Shown: piece after piece, positions 39,906 to 55,044 of the stretch
Numbering within the stretch: the first letter of the stretch is position 1
How the letters are laid out: every line of letters begins with the position of its first letter
Source of the DNA: Octopus vulgaris
Taxonomy: Eukaryota
Direction of reading: 5' to 3'
Assembly: GCA_951406725.2 (NCBI GenBank)
Contig: OX597843.1
Span: 20,832,001-20,896,000, forward strand
DNA: 64,000 nt
The notes under the pieces: generated by a model
Databases searched by the model: none
The model's input: the letters and a program-made list of their open reading frames with translations, nothing else
What the model was told of the DNA's origin: nothing
Made by a program: the position numbers and the translations under genes

Positions 39906-40192
39906 GCGCATGTCTTAGTGGTTAGAGCGTGGAGCTTACAATCGTGAGGTTGTGAGTTCGAATCCTGGACCGGGCTGCGTGGTGTATTCTTGAGCAAGAC
40001 AGGTGTAGAAATGAATTGCGACGTCACAGGTTCCAAGTCGTATCGGCAGTTGCCTTTCCCTTAGATACAGAGGGGAGGCCGATACGCATGGGCGACAGCT
40101 GGTCTTCCATAAACAACCTTGCCCGGACTTGTGCCTGGGAGGGTAACTTTCTAGGTGCCAACCCATGGTCAGTCATGACCGACGGGGGTCTC
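39906..40192 (+). mobile_element. tRNA-derived SINE
   Basis: A-box-like head, B-box GAGTTCGAATCC, TTCTTGAGCAAGAC core. Confidence 0.8.
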
Positions 40193-40775
40193 AGTTCAAT
40201 CCTTACCATGTATTGTAGGTGTAAAATATGCTTTTATTTGAGTATTTCAATAAGTTCTACGTTAGATCATAGAATCATTTCACAGACACATGTTCCACCT
40301 TTGATGAATGGCAGTGATCACACAAGATATTAACCATATCATCTCATCAATGAACTACGGGAGTGATGTATAGACACAATTGCAGGGATATGGAATAAAG
40401 AATGTCGTTGAAACCATTCGCTTATTCCTCATCAGCTATGTATGTATGTATGTATGTATGTCTGTATGAATGTATGTATGTATGTACGTATGTACGTATG
40501 TATGTACGTATGTATGTACGTATATACCATTATTTCCTCTTTTACGTGTTTCAGTAAGTTGACAATAGGAGAATCACCTTGAAGTACGTAACTCGAACGA
40601 ATCGAGACCACTAACTATTCTTTTAAACTCTGGTACTTACCCTGTCGGCCGCTTATGCGAAATCGCTGACTGACGTGGAATTAAACGCATTAACGTAGGT
40701 TGTGAAGAAGTAGTGAGTACAAACATAGAGACTAAGTCACACACATACACTCGCACACATATGTATATTATATAA

Positions 40776-40826
<51 letters not shown>

Positions 40827-41293
40827 CGAGTTAGGACTCTACTCCATGGAGCGAAAACCGGAGATGTATGTAGTGATATGTGTGGAAGTTACTAGGGAAG
40901 CTGTTATCAAACTTTGGAATTCAGAATTATACCAGACGTCGAAATGGACGTCACTGCACTGTTCCAAAAGTCCCGGCTCTCTCATTTAATATTAGGAGAA
41001 TGTACTGCAATAGTTTGGAGTTCAAGTGCTCACAGATATTTAACACCTTGCCAACACATCTGAGGAGTGGGTGTAGATGTTTCAAGATACAACTTGACCT
41101 CTTTCTATCCAAGTGAACCAATATCAGGGCAGGAAACTCAAAAGACTGCAGCGGTAGCGAACTCCGGCCAATCCCATAAACTCGGCCAGTGGAAAAGTGT
41201 TTACACTCATGGGGCCCCAGCATCGACACAGACTCAGGGTTAAAACATAAAAGAATAAAAGAATATATATATATATATATATATATATGAATG

Positions 41294-41994
41294 AAGGTTT
41301 GAAAATGCAATTTTAAAAGATGTTTATTTACTTGACCGGTTTCACTTTCTTAGAAAAAGATTGTCAAAAGTAACATGTAAAAGCTTTGTTGTGTTAGGTA
41401 CTGATTGTCTACAATACATATACACATTCCTTGATAATCATATGAACATTTAGTTAGTATATAAATGTACAATGAGGGAGATATGTTTAGTTTGAACTGA
41501 CCTGATTCACCATACTATCGTAAAAGCTTTTACGATAATATGGTGAATCAGGTCAGTTCAAACTAAACATATCTCCCTCATTGTACATTTATATACTACC
41601 AAAATGTAACCTTTTTGAACTTATAATTTTCTGTGTGTATATATACAGATACAATACAAATTTTCCTCTGAACTTTTTAATAATTCTTTCTGTAAACTGT
41701 TTTTAACATTTTCTTATTATTATCAAAGAATGTATATATGCATTGTAATCTTTTGTACCCAATATTTTAATGAACTTGTCAAATTTCTTTTATATATTCC
41801 CAAGATTTTCCCTTGTAAACTGTGTTTAACTTATTCTTATTATTATCAAAGAATGTATATATGTATTGTAATATTTTGTGACAACCAGTACCTAACACAA
41901 CAAAGCTTTTACATGTTGCTTTTGACAATTCTTTCTAAATAAGTGAAACCGGTCAAGCAAATAAACATTTTTTAACATTGCATTTTCAAACCTT
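41294..41994. repeat. Foldback with HHR-like motifs (copy B)
   Basis: Centre TAAAAG|CTTTTA at 41526/41527; paralog of 2140-2828. Confidence 0.9.
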
Positions 41995-43095
41995 CTTTGA
42001 TATATAATTCCACTCGTGCGGTACCTTACAACTCGAAACATTACGTACGACAGTGGTTCTTACGTAATGTTTCGAGTGTATGGGCGCACGAATAAATCAC
42101 AGCTTAATCCAGAGCATGTTCATCATATTTTTCCGACATCCTCGGTATTGTGCATTGGGAGATTATTCAGGGAGGACGTTTGGGGAAAATAACCGGATCT
42201 GGATTCGTGAAATGTTGAATTTTTCACGACAAAAATGCACCTATCACCTCACTCGTAAGTTTCTTGCCAAAAACAACATGCAATTGCTTCCGCATCTGCT
42301 CTATTCGCCAGATTTACCACCTGCTGACTTGCATCCGTTCCTCAAGATGAAAGATCAGCTCAGAGGTCGAGATCAAGAGCAAACTTAACATCATTGTCGA
42401 CGGTGCCATTTTTACCATGGGCTCCTAGGGAGCGTTTTGTTCGAAAAGCTTGCTGCGCATTTGTTTGGAGATTTTAAATTCCTGATTTTCCTGAAGAGAA
42501 AGCTGCAGAATGGGCTCCTTATTCAATCCGAATTTGGGAATTTGCAGCCTTTGAAACATGTGTAGAAAATAATAAAAAGGAATTTTGTAGAATCTTCGTT
42601 CCGCTCCATTTCATCACTTCACTAAATATACAAAACTTCAATTATCCGCGCTAAAGCACGGGGGCGAAACCCCGTGGTCGTAACCTCAACCGTGTCTTTT
42701 GTGGTGTGATTTCTGCTACACAGGTATCGGTTAAATTTTGAATAATCCGTAACAAGATAATTCATTTATCCATTTCATTAAACATTATATATATATGTAT
42801 AAACGCACACACTCACTTCCAGGCCACACATATATTCCCACTTTCTTACACACAGGCAAACACAAATTGCAAGACAATATGAATTGTAGAAGAATGAGGG
42901 TAAATAAAGAAGATAAGAGAGACATTTAGTTTGTGGAAATGACATTGGATGACATATCGTGATCTTATTATGAAGAAGATGACTAACATAAGAGAAAGTC
43001 CCCCGCCCCTAAACCCTGGACCATCACCTAATCACTCTTATCCGTCTTGTTGCCCAAACCGCAACATCGACATCATCACCATCATCATCATCATC

Positions 43096-43151
<56 letters not shown>

Positions 43152-44013
43152 AAGAAGAAGAAGAAGAAGAAGAAGAAGAAGAAGATGATGATGATGATGA
43201 CGATGATGATGATGATTATGAGGATAACGATGATTAGCAACAACAACAGCAACAACATTAAAACAACAATAAGAGAAGTGACAGAAAATGTAGGAGCTGA
43301 AGAAAAGAATGATGTAAAAAATAAGGAGGAAACGAAGGAGTCTGTCATGAAGACAACTTAAATATAATATTTCTGATCTTATAATAATTCTGTTTGTCGT
43401 TATGTTAATTACTCCGTCGGTAACGCTTTCTCGTGAGTAGAGAGGAAGAGGGAGAACGAAAAAGAGCAAAAGAGAAATGTCCATGACCTGAGGTAGAAGG
43501 GACGTGACTGTAATGCTTTCACGTGATTAGTTGAATGGAATGAGAGACCGAGAGAAAGAAAAAGGAATGAGAAAACGAAAGTAAGTGGAAGAGTGGGGCA
43601 GAAAGAGAGGAAGAGGGAGAGGGAGAAAAGGGGAGAGAAAAAAGACCGGGGGAGAAAAAGAGGGAGAGGACATGTGGTAGGAGGAACGTAATATTTATTA
43701 CGTGATGAAAAAGTTAGTTGAAGGTAGTGATATTGAGGAGGGTTACGAATATAATTTCAGCAGAACAGTGATGTTCTGATGGTGAGATTAAAATAAGGCA
43801 GATAGGTAGATAAAGAGATAGGGAGATAAACTGAGAAAACGAGAGAAAGGGGGAGTGAGAGATGGTAGTAGTGGTGGTAGTGGTTGTGGTGGAAGTGGTG
43901 ATGATGAGTGCATAATGCAAAGTAACTTATGAATTGAACTAAGTATTTTTTATCCCCTATCACTTAACACATGCTCATAAATATTCACACTTATTTACAG
44001 TGTCATATGTACG

Positions 44014-44101
<88 letters not shown>

Positions 44102-45085
44102 CAATTAAGAAATGTATACACTATAATTAAAATATATATATTCCAATTAAAATAAAGGTGGACACACAGTAAATTCCATCTCTACAAGATCCCGGTTGAT
44201 GTTGTTACTGCTTCTCATACACTCTGCCGTTGGTTGTGCTTCCGCTATGGGGGAGATAAAAATTCGCAATTTACGGTTATTTGATCCTTTTTCCAAAGCT
44301 GTGCTTATGAAATAAGCAAATTACAAAACTTGACTGAAGAATGGAAAGTTAAAGAAGATTAGAAGCTACTCGCGAGAGGGTTAGGCACTACAGGCAGCGA
44401 ATAAGAGAAGAACAGCGGTAAGAAATCAGAGAAAGGGACAAATGGTACCAACAGATGAGACGATCTGCAATAGATGAAGAGCAAGGTAAGGCACAATTGT
44501 AGTGAGAGAGAATGGGAGACCAAGGTAGAAGACAGGATGAGGAAGAACAAGCACAGTACAAGGAACAACAAAGATTGATATTTCTGCGGAGAATGGAAAA
44601 CATGAATGATATGCAGTGTGCGCAGTATCAGGACCAACAGAAAAGCGTAATGTAACAGAGAAGGGAGAATATGGATGATTTGGAAAGGGCTGCTTGCCTC
44701 CAAGGTCAAACAGAGAGACATCAAGATGGAGTTGCAAGTATGAATGCTGAACAGGCGTTACGTTTGCGAGATGAACAGGTGCAACGAAAGCGTGAAGGAA
44801 GACATGGACTACCACTGAACAGACACAATAATCCTAAACGAACCTATCGTATTGGTGATATGTACTTTTATTGCGAGTATTGTGGAGCACTGAACTTTAA
44901 ATATGAAAACTTCATGTTCAGTCACAATAATAAAGTGAATTTTCCTCCACTGCAACTAAAACCTCAGACATTGAAGCGTTTGTCTGAGAAAATTACATCA
45001 GCAATTACAACTGCATACCTTCCTTTACGTCATTTGGTGTGAAACTCTGTGTGCCACAGGGAAGAGGTCTACATTGTTTCTGTAT

Positions 45086-48000
45086 TGTTGTGGAAGGATT
45101 TCGACCACCTTCCAATTGACTAAACGCGAACTGACACATTCCTATTAAATAGACAACTGTCGAGTCTTCAGCAATTAATTGGTAAATAGTTCACCGTGAG
45201 CCATTGACAGAGAGCGTTTGGTAATCGATTCGCGTCGTGTAAACACTTTCTTTCCCCCTGATTCCTTAAATCATCCGTTCCAAACCAGAGTATAAAAGTG
45301 GCGAAGAGTTCTTCGAAGTTTGCGTTCGACGTTTAAATTTGTTTGGGATGGGTATGAAACCAAAGAAAAATTGTTTAAGATAGAAGGCTTATTGGCGGCT
45401 GTGGTGCAGTTGCAACAGCAACAATAGTAACAACAACAAGAGCAACTACAACAGCAACAACAACAAAACCAAGAGTTGCTGGAATCAATGCTAAAGAAGT
45501 CTAAAAATATTTCAGGCGTGAACTTGCCAGACAGCGTAGCAATCTCTATTGAAGTATTCAGTTATAATTCAGAAGATGGGATTACCTTCTCTGCATATTT
45601 TCGAAGATACGAAGAAATTTTCAAAGAAGAATTTATAAATTGATCTGAGAGGAAAAAGAGTAAGACTACTTTGTAAGACAGGTATCCCTTTGCCAAATAC
45701 AAAAAAATATTGTAATTATATTCTGCCCATGAAGTCGGGTGAGATTTGTTTCAATAAAAACTATTAACATTTTATCAAATGATTTAGAACTGGACGAAAA
45801 TTAACTCTACAGACAGAAGCAGAAGAATGCCAGAAAAGACGACGCAGAAAAAAATGAAGAAAAAGATTGCTCTCATATTCCAGTGTCTCCACCGTAACGG
45901 ATAAGAAATAAGACAAAAAATGTCAAGAAGGAGTCCATGTTGTGGTCTACATTTTAAAAGTAACTGCCCGGCTAAAATCCAAAAACGAAATTTTGTCAAA
46001 ACGTTTCAGTGAAAGAAATTCTCTGCTAAATACTTGCGGACAGTTTTTATATTTTGTCCCAAAACATGAAGATTTCGTCACCTGTGCCGAGGATGTTAAC
46101 GGAATGTGTAAAAAATTCAAATTATATGAATTAAGATGCATATTTTTCAAATGCATATTTTTGGTTTAAGGCCTAACTGCAAGCAAAGATGGAAATATAT
46201 GTTCACGGATGTCAACAAAATTAGAACTGGACAAAAAGTAACTCTACAGACAGAAGCAGAAGAATGTCAGGAAAGACGACGCAGAAAAAATGAAGAAAGC
46301 GACGCCCAAAAGGAAATTGAAGAAAAAGATTGCTCTCATATTCCAGTGTCTCCACCGTAACGGATAAGAAATAAGAGAAACAAATGTGAATATCGAATCC
46401 ATGTTGTGGGTGCGGTGGTCAACATTTTAAAAGTAATTGCCCGTTTAAAAATATAAAAGGAGTCAAATGTGGCAAGAGAGATCATAAAATATCACACTGT
46501 AGAACAAACCTGGAAAACAGCTCAACAGAAAGAAAACACGAAAACAGGTTATCGGTGACCAAAAACCGAACAGCCTCAAAGGAAATTTGTGGACGTAAAG
46601 TTGCAACTAGTTAAGGGCAGTGATATCTCGATAATTAACACAGATACATAGAAAAAAAACAGAAGACTCAGATTAAGACATTTCGAAAATTGTAGGTGGT
46701 GTTTCAGGAAAATAATTACATTTTAATGGCGTAATGATGAACCACGTTCCATTTCGTGGAAAAAACCTTATAAACCAAAAATTTTGTGTTGAATAACATC
46801 CCAAATATATTCGGAAAACTGAATAAAATTGTTTACCTTATGGGAACTCCCCATAAATCTTTTCAGTAAAAATGTGAATGGTTTTCTTGCCAATACAGAT
46901 GAATCGGCGGACGATTTGTAAAAATAATTTAAAAAGATTTTTCCTGAAGTTCTCTCTGATAAATTAGATCTGAGCATCACAACGAAAACGAAGTTCCAAG
47001 TAAAAGTAAATGTCAAACCGGTATTTAAATATAAACGAACTGTAACTTTTGCATCGTTGGAACAGATAAGCTTTTGCAGCGTTAGAAACAAATAACCAAA
47101 ATCAGAGTGTATGCTGATTTTTTCCACTCGTTTAAATGAGTGTCTTAAAACGTTCCACTATCAGCTACCTACCCTGGGGGATATATTTGCAAAATTAGAC
47201 GGTGGCAAGGTATTTTCTTAATTGGATCTCCCTGACGCGTACCTACATATTAACGTAGACGATGAATGCTATAAATACCTAAAGATTAACGCACATATGT
47301 ATATATATTTCTTTACTACCCACAAGGATCTAAACACAGAGGGGAAAAACAAGGACAGATAAACGGATTAAGTCGATTACATCGACCCCAGTGCGTAACT
47401 GGTACTTAATTTATCGACCCCGAAAGGATGAAAGGCAAAGTCGACCTCGGCGGAATTTGAACTCTGAACGTAATGACAGATGAAATACGGCTAGGCATTT
47501 CGCCCGGCGCGCTAACGTTTCTGCCAGCTGGCCGCTTATGTATGTACAACAGGTTACTGTATGCCTTTATGTCACACCGGCGATTTTTCAACATCTTATG
47601 GATGCAGTGTTAGCGGATAGTAAATTTGCATTTCCATATCTGGATGATATACTCATTAAAAGCGAATCACAAGATCAACATATAGAGCAAGTAATATATA
47701 TGTTCGAAAAAATTAGGGATTACAGTGAAAAAGAAAGCGTGAATTTTCTTCTTAACGAAAATAAAATTGGACAAACAATTGAAAGAAATAGATGAGGACC
47801 AGATCCGTTGAGGGCAGACGCAATTAAATACATGTCCCCTCCAACAAATATAACGACCTTACATGATTGCTTTGGAGACAAGCAAATTATTAACAAATAT
47901 GCATAGGGTAAGTGTTACAGTAGATTATGTATTTAAAAAATGTCAATTGAAATTGCTCTGAAATTGTCAAAGGGAATTCGACGAAATTTTAAAATATTAA

Positions 48001-49638
48001 CATCTGATTTGTTGTTAGCACGCTTCGATTCTGTAGCGGAGAATGTTGTAACTTCAGATGTCTCTGAATGCTGAATCGGCGCAGTAATGCTACATAAATA
48101 AAAAAGATGGTAACATGAAGGCGGTGGTTTAAGATATCAGCAGAAAAAATTACAGCCAAATCAAAAAAGAGGCTCTTCTAATTATTTTTGCAGTAAAAAA
48201 TTGCATAGATTTTTACACGGCAGAAGTTTTTGAATACAGACAGATCATCGTCCGTTATTATCAGTACAAGAGTAAAAGAAATAAATATCTAGCCGTACTG
48301 CTAATAGGCTGCAACGCTGGGGTAATGTATTATTAAGCTATGAATTTAAGATAGAGTATATACCATCTAAAAGATTAGGACACGCTAATTGTTTATCAAG
48401 ACAGATTTCAGAAAATGCTGAAGCATTTGAAGATACCGTGATTGCTACTTTGCGAGCGGAAAATGAAATTAAAAGCAAACTGAATAACTCCATGCGTGAA
48501 CTGCTATTTACGTTACAGGAGATAAAATTACAATTGGGAAACCATATATTCATTAAAAATTGAAAGAAATGCAAAAGGGTAAAAGAGATAAAAGATATTC
48601 GAGCCTATCACAAGGTGTGACAATGTGCTGATGTATGCACAAAGAGTCGTAGTGCCAGCCACACTACAAAAGCAATTACTAAAGGAATTTCATATTGAGT
48701 CAAAGGGATTTCGATAATGAAATCGTTAATGAGAATTTAGGTATAGTGGCCAACAACGGACTGTAACATTGAAGATATAGTGATAGTATGCAATACGCTG
48801 TTCTCTAGCTCCAAATACACCCGTCACGACATGGCACCCGTGGCCAAAATCACTTAAGGTTTCATATCACTTCGTTGTGGGGGACTGTTTTTCAACGTGG
48901 TCTGAAGTGCATAAATGTAGAAAGCCGACATCTCTGGTTACAAAGATATTTGATGTTTGTTAGAATAATCAGATCCATCTGTGATCAGCCGATACCGAGT
49001 GAAAATATAAAAAAAGGAATATTTCAAAATTCTTCAAGCTAGGTGACAAACTATATTAAAGACCTATACATATATTAAACAAGGCTGGGAGGATGGTACA
49101 ATTGTTAAATAAATTGCAAGAATGATATTCCTGGTAAAAGGTAACACAAATATCGAACATAAAAGACTTATTAACCAACTTAAAACCTGATTCAAGGAAA
49201 AATCAGTCAAAGGAAGTGAATTTCTCATGAAAGTATTGCACGACACGTATGAGGTACCAACACAGAAACAATTTGTAATTACACATTCTTGCACCAGAAA
49301 ACGAAACGAATGGAAACACAAGAATTGAGCCCTAAGCATAAGAGATATTAAAATTCTGAGCGACTTTAATTCTCAAGTGGAGAATTTAGGGGAGACTAAT
49401 TCTATAAATGGGAGAGGCTGTGGAAAGATTCTGACAACCTTCCAAGTGACTAAAAGTGGTCTGACACATTTCCATTACTTGGAGAACTGTCTAGTCGTAA
49501 GCAATTGATTGGTAAGCATTTCTCTATGATCCGTTGGCAGAGAGCTTCGAGTCTCATGTAATAGCAATCGTATTGTGTCGTGTAAATAGTCGTGTAAATA
49601 GCTTCGTTAAATTATATATCTAATACCAAGATACAGAA
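45086..49638 (+). mobile_element. Ty3/Gypsy LTR retrotransposon, copy B
   Basis: LTRs at ~45086-45297 and ~49416-49638, TSD TGTAT/CGTAT, PBS TGGCGAAGAG, RT PAIFQHLMDAVL..FPYLDDILI. Confidence 0.9.
47307..47537 (-). mobile_element. Nin-domain tRNA-SINE, copy B only
   Basis: Minus strand B-box GAGTTCAAATTC, then GCCTTTCATCCTTTCGGGGTCGATAAATTAAGTACCAG (Nin core). Copy A has only (TA)n at ~9919-9936. Confidence 0.8.
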
Positions 49639-50315
49639 CGTATTCAGGGCCAAACTTAGCACAATACTACGAACTTGAATCTGTCAATGGTCGCCTGCAG
49701 TACAGTGAGTTATATATTATTAATGCATCACAGAGTGCAGGCTCTGCATCACAGAGTGGATGCAATCCCAAAGCTCTTCTCAAAGAATGGTTGTCATGTG
49801 CAACAAGTAAATCCTTATGTTGAGTTATATGGCAACATGCACTTAATTGAACAACAAGAGATTGAAAATGCCAGGAGAGAAAATGTGAACTACAATTGAA
49901 AAGAAGGCGCTACAATTTTGAATTGGAGGACAGACATGTATTTGGTGTAAGAGTAACTCATGTCCATGTTATCGAGTTTCAAAAGAGAGGACTTCCACAC
50001 TGCCTTATGCTCGTAGACAAAGTGAAGATCAGAGATGATATAGACAGAATGGTATCAGCAGAAATTTCTGATTCAAATGATGACCCCGTCTTGCATGATT
50101 TATTAAAATAATTCATGATACTTAGACCTTGTGGTGTTGATAATCCCTCCTCTCAATACATGGGGAATGGCTCTTGCCAAACAAAGTTTCCCAAGAAGTA
50201 CAGAAATGAGACACTACTAAATATTAATGGATATCCAGAATACATGAGGCACAATAAAGGGATCACATCACAAGTTGGATGCCATTCTGTTGACAACTGG
50301 TATGTCGTTCCATAC

Positions 50316-50718
50316 TATTTTATATTTTATTTTATCTAGTTTCAGCTCAAGAGCTGTGGCCATGCTGGGGCACCGCCATTTGGTGTTGCTACATGATTTT
50401 ACTTCATGAATGCTTTTTAGCAACTGCCATTTGGTGCATGAGAGGGTTCGATGCAGCTGCCCTCATCTGCACCTCCTACCTTGAAGTTGGTTCATCTGGG
50501 ACACTTGACAGGAAGAGATCCAGTCCTACTTTAAAGACATCTGCATCCATCCACCCCATGCAGGTCTTTCAGGTTCTTCGGGAGGATATTGAAGAGCTGT
50601 GGGCCTCTGAAGCCCAGGCTATCACAGAATCTTGTCCTACATCTTGATGGCAAATTCGGAGTCCTTGGCACCACGCAGTGGCGCTCAGTTCTGGCATTTG
50701 TGTTACTCTCGATGCCGA
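50316..50718 (-). mobile_element. CR1-group LINE 3' end inserted in the Helitron
   Basis: Minus strand RHCVVP..CDSLGFRGPQLFNILPKNLKDL, tail GGCGGTGCCCCAGCATGGCC...(TAAAA)n. It splits the Helitron frame at VVPY|DAYLLKKF. Confidence 0.75.
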
Positions 50719-52980
50719 GATGCTTACCTATTAAAGAAATTCCGAGCTCTTATTAATGTAGAAGTTTGCTCCTCCGTAAATTATCAACTACATATGCAAG
50801 AATGCCTACAACGGTCGCGATAGCGCTTCAGTTGAAGTAAGGAATGATGCAGTTGCAGAAGGTGGACAGACTCAGCAACCTCATGGTTAAATCAGAAATT
50901 ATTTTGCTTCTAAAGCCATGTGGAGAATATTTAAGTAGAAACTGCATAACTCGTCCCTCACTGTCTACAGATTAGCTGTTCACTTTGAAGACCAGCGGAG
51001 ACTGAGCTTTCACAGAGGTAGCACTTCGCAACCTGCTCAAGAACAGAGAGATCGTGACAATACTCTCATTGCATGGTTCAAACTGAATGAGCACGATTAA
51101 CGGAAGTACTTGTACCCTAACATTCCTAAAGTTTATGTGTTTAATGAACGTACAAAATCATGAACACTCAGGTGAAGAAACAATAACATCGGCTGCAGAA
51201 TGAACACTGTGAGTCCTAAGGACGGAGAAAAATTTCATTTACGATTGCTATTTCGGATGTTCCAGGTGCCAAGTGCTTTGAAGAAGTGAGCACTGTAGAA
51301 GGTGAAATCTATGCAACATTTAAAGATGCGTACATATGAGTTGGTCTCCTCCAAATTGATGAGGGTTTGGAGCATACTATACATGAAGCTGCTGCGTATC
51401 GGATGCCATTTCAGTTGCGTATTACGTTTGCTGTCCTCTGCACCTATTCAAATCCTTCCAATGTCCTTCGCCTGTGGAATACTGACAAGAATTCTATGAT
51501 GGAAGATTATGCTCAGCGAGGGCTGAATGCAGACTCTACACTCCATAAATTCTGTGTTTATTGAAAATGGCACTAGCTGCATTAATATTAGCTTGCTTGT
51601 ACCAATTGGAATGTAACGGGTTGAGCAGAAAGATGACAAGAACCACCCACGCATTGCAACCCTTACCAACGAGCAGAAAGGGATCGCTGATGCAGGCATT
51701 AAGGACAGTTGGTAAGAAAAGGTTGAGGTGAGATGCTGGAATCTTTCTATTTCTCTGCAGATGTTCCCGGGGGCTGTAAATTCATAAATTCCACTTCAAT
51801 CCGTACACTTCGGTAAATTTCTTATTTACTTTTGCAACGTTTTGTGTTTTCTTTTTGTTGTTGTTGAAGGAATTACTGATAAAAGTAAGTTCATAATTTA
51901 CTGACAGGAGTAACTTCAAACATTTCACTTAAACCCACGCACATAGTTAATTTTCCTAAAAATTTCTTATTTACTTTTGCGCCGGTTTTTTGTTTTCTGT
52001 TGTTAATGGCTTTTTTCTGGTTCCTTCGATACTGGCACTTTGGTTCACTTAGTGACAAATTTCGCTTCAACCCGTACAATTCTTTATTGTCCGTAAATCT
52101 ATCTTGTTAATGTTCTGCTTGTCGTATTAAGAAATATAATTGTCGTTATCCAGTTATTTTCATTGTTTACTATCTTCTGCGCTCGTGTATTTCTGTATAA
52201 CCATGCCTAGAAGGAAGGTGTCAAATCTGTCTACAATGTCAAGATAAAGCCGAAAGAATGTCTCTGTCTAGAGAAAGAGAGACAGCTGCAGAAAGGGAAG
52301 CATACCAAGAAACGAACAGACTTTGCACTACGAAAATGCCAGAGCATCTCAAAATGATGAACAGAGGTATACACGGCTGACAAGGAATAAGATCTCCACT
52401 GCAGAGAGACAAGAAATAAGATCTCCACTAATTACATTTATTTTTTACTGAGTATTCGTTTTCCTCTCTCCTTATTTTCTTTCTTCTTTCTCTTCTACTA
52501 CTTTCTTTTCCCTCTAAGCAGTTATGAAAGCGAAAGCTCATTAGGTCACTTTATCTAAAGAGGAACGCAAGACTTCCTCGTTCCTATTTGAATCTTTTGC
52601 ATGTCTGCAGTCTTATTTGTATTTTATTCGTTCCCCAAATAGATGGCAGTATAACAACATGTCAGATGACACTCGAAATCTTTAGTCACACACAACTTTA
52701 TCGATGTGCCTGATGGGGTCCAGACTGATCGATGCAGCACAACACGTTGAACAGAGTCCCACAAATAAAGGACAATAGCAAGACGGGTCGAAACGAAAGT
52801 TGTACAGAATAAAATTTAATTCCAGTTCCATTATTTTGTTACTTAATACAATTATGTATACACAAATACACACAAACACGCAAACAGATATATATATATA
52901 TATCTATATATATATATATAATACTATTTTTGTTCCACGTCTTCACGTTGCTGTGGTTTTTTGTGCTTTCTTGTTTGGAT

Positions 52981-53029
<49 letters not shown>

Positions 53030-53030
<1 letters not shown>

Positions 53031-54970
53031 GGTTGGCCGGCCTGTGAAACCCACCGAAAAAGCAATTTTCTAGACATCCTACTGAAACCCTTGCTGAAAT
53101 ACATCAAAAGTTTTATTAGAGAAAAAGCAATTAATGCAATATTGGTTTCCCTCGATGTTATCAATCGTTACACCAACATCCCCCATGGCTTTGGAATAAA
53201 AGTAATTAAATTCTGGTTGGAAAAGTACTCCCGGAATGCATAAACTAGATGTTTATAATTGAATCCTTAAAATTTATATTTCAGAACAATTATTTCCTCT
53301 TTGATGACACATACTATCGTCAGAAATGCGGAATTGCGATGGGAACGAAAGCTGCTCCTGTTCTTGCGAACCTCATAATGAGTTATTTTGAGTTCACCTT
53401 ATATGAAGTATCACTTCAGAAATATGGTTACCCTTTTACCTCTACATAAGAGAAAATTGGAAGAGATACATAGATGACTGTTTTATCATCTGGAAGGAGA
53501 CCATCGACAAACTCTTGCATTTCAAATCAACACTAAATGACATCAATAGTAACATACAATTCACAATGGAATATAACAAAGAACAAGTCACATTTTTAGA
53601 GGTCATGATAAAAAAGTTAACAATGAAATCATAACTGACATTTATTATAAACCAACTGATTCAAAACAATATTTTCTATCTAACTCATGCCACCCGAAAC
53701 ACATCAAAGTAAACATCCCTTTCAATTTAGCAAAAATGTTCTGCAGAATAGTGTCTGATAGAACAACTCGGGACCTTCGTCTTCAAGACCTCAAAATAAT
53801 ACTTATTGAAAGACAATATCTACCCTCACTTATCAACGAAAGAATTAAACTTGCCAAACAATTAGAACGAAAACACTAAGAACAACACAACATAACACCA
53901 CAACTCAACTCAAAACATTACTATTTATATCAACACACAACTACAGAAACAGTGAGGCATTCACCACTATTGTGCAAACTCTTCCTTTGCTAAATAGAGA
54001 TTCAAAAATGAACGACAACCTGAAAACACAGAAACTCATCAAATGCAAAAAACAAGACAAATTGCTAGAGAGACTACTAACAAACGCGAAGCTTTACAAA
54101 GCAACCAAAAAAACCAACGGTTGAAAAATGTGGACGCCCAAACTGTGGAACCTGCCCCAACCTGCTTGAAGGTTCGGACTTCCTTTTCAAAAAAGGACAG
54201 AGGTTCACAATTAAAACTAGTTTCACTTGTGCATCTGAGAACCTAATTCATGTAATAACCTGCTCGGGTTGAGGACACCACTATATTGGACAAACGAGTA
54301 TGCCCTTGAGAAAGAGAACCACTCTAAATAAAGGGCAAATCCGTTTCCCGGAATACAGACAAATTCCTTTCAGTGAACATATAGAAACATATGCATGTAA
54401 CATCAAACCAAATTTCACACTTTTCCCTTTTTACCAGTGCAAAGACGCAATCTCTCAACTAGAGCGTTTAAATAAAGAAATTTTTCATTGAAAATACAAG
54501 AAAACGCCTTAATATCCAGGCATAACAAACTGTTATATTTTATATATTTCAATTCACGATTACAACACTGTACATAAATCCCCTACTAAACAAGGTTTTT
54601 GAAACTTGTCTGTCATAACTCCTATATAATCCGCACCCATTACCGAAAGTTGAACCGTTATCTACCTTACCCACAACAATAACATGAATAACGACAACCA
54701 ATAACCGCCCTTTATTTATCCACTTGTGAAGTCATTCACTCGTGAATTTCATCAAACACAACATGGACAAAATTTCTTTCTAAGAAAAAATATATATTCA
54801 AATAAGTAAAATATAATATCATGAATAGCGATATCGAAACCGGTCAATATATTAAAAATTATATTAAAACTATGTAAGTGTGCGTATTTTCCTTTTTTAA
54901 TTTCTTATACACATGACACCTCACGACGTGGGGATAATCGAATTTCCTCTTTTCTGTTACTACAACTGCT
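53030..54970 (+). mobile_element. Penelope-like element (Neptune-type RT + GIY-YIG), copy B
   Basis: LVSLDVINRYTNIPH, YRQKCGIAMGTKAAP, WKRYIDD, YYKPTD, CGRPNC, YIGQT. Confidence 0.9.
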
Positions 54971-55005
54971 ACTATATACATACATATATATATATATATA
55001 AATGT

Positions 55006-55044
<39 letters not shown>

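Larger units (their letters stand above)
44290..51780 (+). mobile_element. Decayed Helitron Rep-helicase (copy B) with nested Gypsy and CR1 insertions
   Basis: Retains the HUH motif VIEFQKRGLPH, plus IDRMVSAEI, CQTKFPK, GYPEY, DNWYVVPY..YLLKKF..INVEVC, all absent from copy A. Confidence 0.9.

Noticed and set aside
52690-52805. CUGAUGG...GAAACG with ACAACUUU/AAAGUUGU pairing
   Set aside because: No UH triplet, mutated core and inconsistent spacing.
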